32,000 nt of DNA from Paramicrosporidium saccamoebae KSL3 (lineage: Eukaryota > Fungi > Cryptomycota), in assembly GCA_002794465.1 (NCBI GenBank), contig MTSL01000113.1, forward strand, positions 1,910-33,909, in the 5' to 3' direction. This document shows, piece by piece, positions 18,281 through 26,169 of this stretch. The translations under genes and the position numbers were made by a program. Below the pieces are notes generated by a model. That model had not been told where the DNA came from. It ran no database searches and worked only from the letters and a program-made list of their open reading frames with translations. Positions within the stretch are counted from its first letter, which is position 1. The number at the start of each line of letters is the position of its first letter.

Positions 18281-18877
18281 ATGAATGGGGCCTTGACAAA
18301 GACATTGGCCACAAGAAAGCTTTCACTATTTATTCTCACTAGTCTTGACGGAAAAGTTGCGCGAAGTAATGGTGAGATTGACTGGATTTGGACAGACCCA
18401 GTGGAGGGACCCAACAGCGACTGCAACTATGGCAAATTCATGTCCAGTGTTAAATATGTTGTCACGGGACGCAAAACGTTTGACATTTCGGCATCGTTTG
18501 AAAAGCTTCCATTTGCAGGGAAGCAAAAGTATGTCTTTACGCGGACGGCAGGCTCATCTCGCCCAAACGACGAGACGACCTATATCAGCGACGATCCGGC
18601 ACAGTTTGTTCGCGAGCTCAAAACAAGGGCACCTCTTGATAATGTGGAAGATGAGAAAATTTGGCTTCTGGGAGGAGCAGAAATATTCAAGCAACTGCAT
18701 GATGCGGACTTGGTGGACGAAATCATTCTTACCATCCAGCCCATTATAATTGGCGCCGGGATAAACCTGTTTGACGGAATCACTCTAGAGACCAAATGGA
18801 ATCTCGTCTCTTGCGAGAGCTGGAAAGAGGGACTAGTTCAAATGACATATTCCCGTAGCCCAACTCCCACTGTATAA
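18281..18877 (+). CDS. Stand-alone dihydrofolate-reductase-like / RibD C-terminal domain protein
   Basis: Motifs RKLSLFILTSLDG, GEIDW, VTGRKTFD, IWLLGGAEI, LVDEIILTIQPIIIGAGINLF and GLVQMTY. AATAAA overlaps the stop at 18876-18881. Confidence 0.9.
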   Translation: MNGALTKTLATRKLSLFILTSLDGKVARSNGEIDWIWTDPVEGPNSDCNYGKFMSSVKYVVTGRKTFDISASFEKLPFAGKQKYVFTRTAGSSRPNDETTYISDDPAQFVRELKTRAPLDNVEDEKIWLLGGAEIFKQLHDADLVDEIILTIQPIIIGAGINLFDGITLETKWNLVSCESWKEGLVQMTYSRSPTPTV

Positions 18878-18986
18878 TAAAACACCGAAACCTCTTCCAT
18901 AATGAGCATAGCGACAGGGGATTCCGACTGTCAAATTTGTTCAGTCACCTGCGACAGGATTGTTTAGTGACCACTTTTAGATTTGG

Positions 18987-21455
18987 ATGGACCTCGCAAA
19001 CAGAGTCGATCGAGCTAGACAGTGGGAATCTGTCATTGCAAGTGTCGAGTCGACACCTCTAGAGCCCGGCAATTGGTGGTTCCTGATTAGTGCTGGTTGG
19101 TTGCGTAGCTGGCAATCCTACTGCCAAGACTTGACTGGTGCGGCTCCACCTCCTGGGGGAATCACGACAGACAACCTCATCCATCCGCTGTCAAGCAAAC
19201 TGGGATTTGCCCAGACTCGGGATGGTCTGGTTGTGGACGAGGACTATGTTGTTGTGCCAGAGGAAGCTTGGAATCTATTGACATCTTGGTATGGGTTATC
19301 AGAGGGATCACTTGCAATTTCTCGTCCTGTTGCTGTCAATGGCGAAAGTGCCTTTATTGATGTAAATCTCCCAAGTGTCAAATTTCGCATCGGAAATGGC
19401 ACAATGAGAAGGCTTTGTTTTCCCCGAGGCTACACGGTCGGTCAGCTGAAACGGATATTTATTACTAAGGAAGAAGCGGAAAAGAGGGAGGAAAGGCTGA
19501 TGTTTGGTGAGGAAAATAATGAAATTTGTGTCACGTCGTTTACTGGAGAGGAGGACATTTCTGTCACGTCTTTTACTGGAGATGAGGACATTTCGGGTGC
19601 GCCGTTTAATAGCAAGGACAAAATCGAACAGAGCCCCTTATTTACCGTCTATTACAATGAGGGACGCAAATCTCTTGACAATGATGCAGTGCTAGTTAGT
19701 GATACTCATTTGCTCAACTCGGATGCCTATCTCGTTGTTGATGCGGCGCCGGAAATGTTGCAGTGTGATGCAGAAGACGTGAAGCAATCATTGATAAAAT
19801 TAAATGACACATCTGGTCTTTCTGGACTACGAAATTTGGGAAATACATGTTTCATGAATTCCGCGCTTCAATGTCTGTCTAATTGCGAGCCTCTGACAAG
19901 TTTTTTTTTGCATGGTCATCACGTGTCGCAGATCAACCGATCAAATCCAATAGGCACCGGCGGGGCACTGGCTGAAGCCTATGGAGCATTGGTGAAGGAC
20001 ATTTGGCAGGGTAATGGATGCTGTGGCAATGTGGCTGATCCGAGCCGATTCAAGCACATTCTTGGTCGTTTTGAACATCGCTTTATGGGCTACCATCAAC
20101 AAGACTCGCAGGAACTATTGTCTGCACTTCTTGACAGACTTCACGAGGATGTTAATAGAATTGTCCACAAGCCCTACATTGAGCTACAAGACTCTGACGG
20201 TAGACCAGACTGTGAGATTGCCAAAGAGTCTTGGACAAACCACAAACTCAGAAATGACTCTGTAGTTGTGGACAATTTCCATGGACAATTCCGATCAAGT
20301 GTAGTGTGTCCAAACTGTGGCTATAATTCTGTCACTTTTGACCCATTTTTATTTGTCAGCCTCCCACTTCCAAATGCAAGCCTCTCCACACTCGAGGTTA
20401 CCTTTGTACGCCATGACCATGCCATCCAGATGCGTATTCCGGTAGACCGAGTTCACGCAAAAATTGACAATCTCCTCGACTCTATTGGGGAGGCTACGGG
20501 GATTTCCGTGTCCCAATTGGTACCGGTGGAAATTTATGATCATAGTCCTTACAAAGTCTACCGGAAGGACTATCCGTTGAGTAGAATCAATCAGCCTTCA
20601 GACGACATTAAAGTGTATGTTGCCGAATCGGATTTTCCAGTTTGGATTACATTTAAACTGGAGGCTGGCGGTGGATATACACTGCCAGTAGCATTCCCCC
20701 TGCTACTCTCCATGGAGAAAGATGAGGAAATTGTTCCAGCGATTCGCTCACTAGTCGCTGGTATTATCAAGACGGCTCTGCCTAACATTGATCTTTCTAC
20801 TATTGACTGGGACAAGCTTGCTCGCATAGATGAGGATCGGAGCCTGGGCATTGACTGCCTGTATTCTGGATACATCGTCGTGTTCTCCCGCACTTACTGC
20901 AGGGACGAGCTTGGAGTTGACCTCGGCACTGTATTTGAGAATCTTGAGCCAGAGGTTGGTCCTCCAGTAAGCCAACCAAAAGCCGTGTCCTTGCAGGACT
21001 GTCTTGACCTTTTTACCATGGAAGAGCGTCTATCTGCAGACGAGTTGTGGTATTGCAAGCGATGCAAGGACCATCAGCAGGCTTCGAAAAAGATGGATCT
21101 CTGGCGTCTTCCCAATGTGCTCGTCATTCATCTAAAGCGTTTTTCTTACAGCAGGCTATGGGGAGAAAAGGTTTCGACGCGTGTGGACTATCCCATAAAC
21201 GGGCTCGATTTGAGATCCAACCTCCCTTCAGGCGAGCACCCCGTGTACGATCTGTTTGCAGTTTCCAATCACCACGGAGGGCTTGGAGGAGGCCATTACA
21301 CGGCCTTGGCCAAAAACTTTGTCAACGGACAATGGTTCAACTTTGACGATTCATACGTGAGCAAAGTTGACGCCTCCACCCTGCAGAGCAAGGACACTCA
21401 GCGCTCCGCCTACTTGCTCTTTTATATTCGACGAGACGACACGAATAATAGATAG
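18987..21455 (+). CDS. UBP12: Ubiquitin-specific protease, USP4/11/15 (Ubp12) type
   Basis: DUSP domain (WFLISAGWLRSW...DYVVVPEEAWNLLTSWYG), Cys box GLRNLGNTCFMNSALQCL, QQDSQE, CPNC and CKRC zinc pairs, His box YDLFAVSNHHGGLGGGHYTA and WFNFDD. Confidence 0.95.
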   Translation: MDLANRVDRARQWESVIASVESTPLEPGNWWFLISAGWLRSWQSYCQDLTGAAPPPGGITTDNLIHPLSSKLGFAQTRDGLVVDEDYVVVPEEAWNLLTSWYGLSEGSLAISRPVAVNGESAFIDVNLPSVKFRIGNGTMRRLCFPRGYTVGQLKRIFITKEEAEKREERLMFGEENNEICVTSFTGEEDISVTSFTGDEDISGAPFNSKDKIEQSPLFTVYYNEGRKSLDNDAVLVSDTHLLNSDAYLVVDAAPEMLQCDAEDVKQSLIKLNDTSGLSGLRNLGNTCFMNSALQCLSNCEPLTSFFLHGHHVSQINRSNPIGTGGALAEAYGALVKDIWQGNGCCGNVADPSRFKHILGRFEHRFMGYHQQDSQELLSALLDRLHEDVNRIVHKPYIELQDSDGRPDCEIAKESWTNHKLRNDSVVVDNFHGQFRSSVVCPNCGYNSVTFDPFLFVSLPLPNASLSTLEVTFVRHDHAIQMRIPVDRVHAKIDNLLDSIGEATGISVSQLVPVEIYDHSPYKVYRKDYPLSRINQPSDDIKVYVAESDFPVWITFKLEAGGGYTLPVAFPLLLSMEKDEEIVPAIRSLVAGIIKTALPNIDLSTIDWDKLARIDEDRSLGIDCLYSGYIVVFSRTYCRDELGVDLGTVFENLEPEVGPPVSQPKAVSLQDCLDLFTMEERLSADELWYCKRCKDHQQASKKMDLWRLPNVLVIHLKRFSYSRLWGEKVSTRVDYPINGLDLRSNLPSGEHPVYDLFAVSNHHGGLGGGHYTALAKNFVNGQWFNFDDSYVSKVDASTLQSKDTQRSAYLLFYIRRDDTNNR
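19529..19594 (+). repeat. In-frame 33-bp tandem duplication in the USP gene
   Basis: TGTCACGTCGTTTACTGGAGAGGAGGACATTTC followed by TGTCACGTCTTTTACTGGAGATGAGGACATTTC (2 mismatches). Confidence 0.9.
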
Positions 21456-21661
21456 ATGATTTGTAAATTGCCAATGTGGGTGCTGGCGTTTAATTGGGGG
21501 AATGACTGATCGGTCAAATAGAAAAGAGGAGATAAACAGATTTGATTTGATTTGCTTTATATTAATCTGTTGTACCCCCATACCCACGACAGTGCTTTTA
21601 TAATCAAATTGCTAGACCATTTGGTGCGGATGATAATAAATAGACGCTTTATTCTCGGGTA

Positions 21662-22514
21662 CTATTTGGGACGACGGTAGACAAATTGTGAAGTCTTTAG
21701 CAAGCTCCACTTATAACGCTTCCAATACCAAGACAAGCCAACGAGCGAGGCGGTCAGCAGTAGCCCTTTTAAACCTAGCAGCTTCCGTTCCTCCATCTCG
21801 GGCTCTGCTGCCCAGCTGAGAAAGGTTGTGACATCCTTTGCCATTTGAGAGGTGGTTGCAGGAGTACCATCGTCATACTCTACGATGCCATCATAAAGAT
21901 TCCTGGCCATGGCAATTGCTCCTCCTGGGAAGTACTTGTTGTAGTGCAAATTTCCTCGCATCTCTATACCCTCAGGAGGATCACAGTAGCCGGTGATTAG
22001 TGAAAAGACATAGTTTTGTCCGTCAGGGCGGGCCTTTGTCATGAGTGTCAGGTCTGGGGGCAAGGCGCCGGCATTTGCTGCTCTCGCGGCTTCCTCGTTT
22101 GGGTATGGATTTGGAAACCTGTCAGTGAGCTTTCCAGGTCGAGTGAACATGGCGCCAGTGTCATCTGGGCCGTCTTCAACCTCTATTTCAGCGGCCTCTG
22201 CCTTGGCTTCCGCCAGAGTGTGCGAAACTCCGACGAGGTTTCGATACGCCAATTTGAGAGAGTGGCAGGCGGCACATACTTCTTTGTAAACCTGATACCC
22301 GCGACGGATGCTAACAGTGAGAATAGGCTGCAATGTGGGCCTACCTGGCATGGTCGTATGAGGACATTAGTCCCGAATGCGACCAAGGATACTTTGGAGG
22401 CTCCACATTCTCCTCTGCCAGCACACGAGTTGGGAAGCGACAGAGGAAATCAAAACTCGTGAATCCGGCTACAGCGCCAGAAGCAATGCCGACCAAATGA
22501 GCAACTTGACGCAT
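21662..22514 (-). CDS. CYT1: Cytochrome c1, 272 aa, two exons (22514-22345 and 22310-21662)
   Basis: The spliced product reads MRQVAHLVG...[44 protein letters not shown]. It has the CxxCH heme motif, ALPPDL, IAMARNL and a C-terminal TM anchor. Confidence 0.96.
22311..22344 (-). other. CYT1 intron, 34 nt
   Basis: GTAGGC...CTGTTAG on the minus strand; removal restores the conserved [12 protein letters not shown]. Confidence 0.92.
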
Positions 22515-23462
22515 TGTCCGACCAATAGGAGTGCAATGGTGGTGGGTGTTATGGAGTGGTAGATTGGGCTGAATTTTGCTCTTGAAGAGATGGTGGGATG
22601 GATCCTTTAGTCAAGTCTGTGGCATTGGTAGTACTCGAAAAATTGGTTGGTATTATCCAATTATTACGCTGGATTCGGGGTGACCGATGGCAAGTGTTAC
22701 GTGGTGATACGACCCACATACAGGAACTTGCCTGTGGTCCCCTTGTTACCATTGAGATGGCCAACGAGACAGCTACGATGGGGATACATTGCCGCTCCAG
22801 ATTGGCTCATTAGGAAAGACCGATGGGCATTTCCATTGAAAAAGTTTATTGAACAGAGATTGCTGAATCAAAGAGATATAGAATTATTGTAATGGGTGTT
22901 CCGCAATGGACCCAAAAGACTCTCAGACTCGAACGTCCTGGCTACGGAAATTGGGATTTACCAAAGAATCTCAAGTATGTTAATACTGTAACAGCACAAA
23001 ATAAAGGGGCCATTTGAATTACTGCAATTGGAAATGTGCGGAGGTAATGGGGAAGGCGTGTAAAGGGATTGCTTAATAAAATTCGAGTCTGATCTAAAGT
23101 TAGAGATGGAATTTTGATCAAAGTCGAGGGCTCTTTATGTATTTACCGTAGGCGCTGAAAAATCGTTAGGGTCAGCTCTTCAACTGCGCCCGCCAGCTAT
23201 CAGCACATTTGGTAGGCTTTGTATTTGCTGTCGTTTTTCCCAACCCGCCGATCACAGTGTAGCGTCATCTGTTTACTTGGACGTAAGTGGTTAAAAGGCT
23301 GTGTCTTTTAACTTGTATTTAACAGTGTGGGGTTCAAGTAAAGACCTTGTTGAAGAGCAAACTTATTTTTATAAAAGTATGCGGCATATAGGCAGCCATC
23401 CTCAACGTGACAGAAATGGCTTGTGGGATCACTATCTGGGTCGGACTCATCAATGATAAGTG

Positions 23463-23635
23463 TGTGACGCAGAGGCAGAGGGTTGATTAGCTGGGTATTT
23501 TTGTGCTATAGTGGATCGCTTTGCTGGGTATTTGAGGACAATGAGACGTGTATCCATACTATTATAGGATTAGCAGTGAACAAACCCCTCTTTCTCGCCT
23601 GACAGTCCATACTATTTATCCCCCACTACGCGACA
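23463..23635 (+). mobile_element. Solo LTR-like repeat, copy 2 (173 bp)
   Basis: Ends TGTGACG...CGCGACA with a perfect 4-bp flanking duplication AGTG/AGTG. It is the reverse complement of copies 1 and 3; its last ~45 bp differ from copy 3 by one indel. Confidence 0.82.
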
Positions 23636-23750
23636 AGTGTATGATGCTTAACAGGCCCTTTATTCGAGTCTTTGGTCCATAGTTATGCTATCTCACAACT
23701 GGGGATCACTTTAGAAACAGTAAATTACTAAAAGTGGCACAGCCACACCA

Positions 23751-25721
23751 ATGGTGTATTATACGGCAATTCCGTTACTATTACTCTTATTTCGAGGAAC
23801 TCACTCCGCTGTGGCTAGTTCTAGTAGCGACAGCGATGACTTTGCCCTCCCTGCATCGGTTGAAGCTAATGTCCCCATAAATTTCGACACCTTGATTAAA
23901 GCTGGGGGAGACTTGGACTTTACCACACTCGAATCCCAACTTCAGGGTGGTGACCCAGAATCCATCTCTAAGCAGTGTCAGTCAATATCTATCATAGTGG
24001 CCAAATTCTGTATGCTCAAAAATACCGAAAATGTCGTACAGCAGGCACTCGATGCGGGCTGCTACAAGGCTCTGCAGTGTTTTATGTGCCAGGCAATTTG
24101 GAAGAATCAAGAGCGAGAACATTGGGTTTGGGCCAAGATTTATGGCACTCCCGCTTTTGATCAAGAATCTTGGAATCGGCGAAAATTCCAATGGGAAAAA
24201 TTCTGGAAGATGATAATCAAGGCCGATAATAGAAAGTTCTACTTGCTTACGAGCAGTGCGCCATGTTTAAAGGTCTTTTCTGATGAAGATTTATACAAAG
24301 CTATTATCGAATTTGATGCGGTCAACATCCTCTCCTCTCTCGGTGCAGAGGCGGTGAGAAAGTTGGCAGGAAAGGTAGATTTGATAATCGAATACATGCC
24401 GCCTAGAGTAATTGCCTGGATCATCGGCAGCGTTCACGAAATTAAAGCTAATACCAGACATCTCATCCCTCAAATGGTCAAGTCTTCCAAAGCACTCCAG
24501 TATCTCCTCCATGTTGGCTACGACCAGATTCCAAGGCCCTGCCTGTATATTAAGAATGATCTGCCGGCTGTCTACAGCAATTATGCATATTGGCTTGCCA
24601 AGCGAAATTGTCTGTCCTTACTGCAGGAAATGCTCAAGGAAAATCCCAATTTTAATCGCAACTATGCTTGGTTTCGAAAGTCCGCCATCAAGGGAGGCAG
24701 TCTCGACGTTCTAGAGTGGCTGTACAAGATGAAGAAAATCAAGCTTGTACCCGCAGAATTGGTGTGTCTTGTTGTCAAAAAGGGAGATTTAAAGACCATC
24801 AAATGGATAATCGAAAAGTTTGGACATTGTATTAATTGGGATCACGTGTTACGGCAGTCTTATTCATCTTGTCGTTCGCGTAAAACTATCAGATATATAC
24901 AGAAAAACACTAGTGCCATTTTGCCCGACCATTATATCCCAAGTTTCCTCGCAGCAAAAGGTAATCTTCCCGAATTACAGGCTACAATTGCAAGCTCAAG
25001 GAGCACTTTCTCGTGGAAGAAGGTAGCCAATGCCGCAGCTGAAGCTGGCCATACCAATATTCTCGACTGGGTCTACCAAACATCATGTACTCTTCCGAGC
25101 TCAAAAGCCGTGGAACAAGCTTGTAAGATGGGTCATCATACTGTCCTCATTTGGATATTCAAGGTTGATTCCTCTCAGATAAACTTTGATGGCTCATATC
25201 GCAAAATTGGTGCAGCGTATTGCCTTCTCTACGCCGCCATGAACAACAATCAGGAAGATATGGAATGGATATTAGAGAACCTCTTTAAGACTAACCTGCC
25301 AAGCATGGATAAAGTTTATCGAGAAACCAAAGTCGTCCCTGAAGAGGCACAATTAAGAGCTCTCAAATGGATCGCATTAAAGGGTGCCACAGAGATCCAA
25401 CCAGAGATGATGACAAGGGCGGCCAGTTTGGGCCATTTACAAATTTTCCAATGGCTGTATAATCAAGGACAGCCCGTAACTATTAATGCTGTGGAAGTGG
25501 CTGCTATGGATTGCAACGTAAATATTTTGGCCACCATATACGAAATTGATCAATCTTTGGTGTGCACTGTAAGAGTGGCTAACCTGGCAGCGATGCGCCG
25601 TTTTTGTTTACAAAGATATACCGTCTTAGATTGGCTGTGGAGGGTGTGTAACGTCCTCCCTACAAAATGGGATTTCGATGAAAAATGCCTTGAAGAGTGG
25701 ATAATAAGCAAGCGATTGTGA
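23751..25721 (+). CDS. Predicted secreted protein with degenerate ankyrin-like repeats, 656 aa
   Basis: Hydrophobic N-terminus MVYYTAIPLLLLLFRGTHSAVA. Repeats include SAIKGGSLDVLEWL, VVKKGDLKTIKWI, AAAEAGHTNILDWV, ACKMGHHTVLIWI and AASLGHLQIFQWL. Confidence 0.85.
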   Translation: MVYYTAIPLLLLLFRGTHSAVASSSSDSDDFALPASVEANVPINFDTLIKAGGDLDFTTLESQLQGGDPESISKQCQSISIIVAKFCMLKNTENVVQQALDAGCYKALQCFMCQAIWKNQEREHWVWAKIYGTPAFDQESWNRRKFQWEKFWKMIIKADNRKFYLLTSSAPCLKVFSDEDLYKAIIEFDAVNILSSLGAEAVRKLAGKVDLIIEYMPPRVIAWIIGSVHEIKANTRHLIPQMVKSSKALQYLLHVGYDQIPRPCLYIKNDLPAVYSNYAYWLAKRNCLSLLQEMLKENPNFNRNYAWFRKSAIKGGSLDVLEWLYKMKKIKLVPAELVCLVVKKGDLKTIKWIIEKFGHCINWDHVLRQSYSSCRSRKTIRYIQKNTSAILPDHYIPSFLAAKGNLPELQATIASSRSTFSWKKVANAAAEAGHTNILDWVYQTSCTLPSSKAVEQACKMGHHTVLIWIFKVDSSQINFDGSYRKIGAAYCLLYAAMNNNQEDMEWILENLFKTNLPSMDKVYRETKVVPEEAQLRALKWIALKGATEIQPEMMTRAASLGHLQIFQWLYNQGQPVTINAVEVAAMDCNVNILATIYEIDQSLVCTVRVANLAAMRRFCLQRYTVLDWLWRVCNVLPTKWDFDEKCLEEWIISKRL

Positions 25722-25739
25722 GAGCGGACTGAACAATGG

Positions 25740-25951
25740 TGTCGCGTAGTGGGGGTAAATAGTATGGACTGTCAGGCGAGAAGGGAACCCGTTCATTTTT
25801 AATCCAATAGCCCTTTTATAGTCTCCCAAGTGGCATAGTAATAGTCCTCAAATACCCAGTATAGTGATCCACTCAAATACCCAGCAACTAGGTCTTCTCC
25901 AAACTAGGGAACTATTTCTAAAAGACATACTAATCAGTCTTTTACGTCACA
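25740..25951 (-). mobile_element. Solo LTR-like repeat, copy 3 (212 bp)
   Basis: Plus-strand ends TGTCGCG...CGTCACA with a perfect 4-bp duplication ATGG/ATGG. Minus strand has TATAAAAG at 25813-25820 and ATTAAA at 25798-25803. Confidence 0.85.
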
Positions 25952-26169
25952 ATGGGATCTGTATTAATATTATATTCTCAAGCTTGTTCATGTCATTTGC
26001 AAGACTAAAAATAGACTGTCGGAATAGCGGTGAACGACCATGAATGGCAGCGAGCAGCAATTAGCGAGTTTTCTTCCCTCCTCACCTTTTTCCTTTTCGT
26101 CTCTACCCGCCTGATAAAGTCGGTGGAGTCCTTTCCACTACGTGGCAATCCCACCCTCGCCACGCACCA

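Noticed and set aside
22598-22990. Short ORFs 22598-22813 and 22647-22892 as a gene or retroelement fragment
   Set aside because: No recognisable motif (the WAFPLK resemblance to integrases is too weak) and no consistent micro-intron model joins them.
25740-25800. tRNA-derived SINE or tRNA gene (A-box-like TCGCGTAGTGG at the repeat end)
   Set aside because: There is no convincing B-box, cloverleaf or poly(A)/T tail; TG...CA ends with 4-bp TSDs fit an LTR better.
23463-25951. Composite transposon carrying the ankyrin gene
   Set aside because: The outer flanks AGTG and ATGG do not match, each LTR has its own TSD, and no transposase is present.
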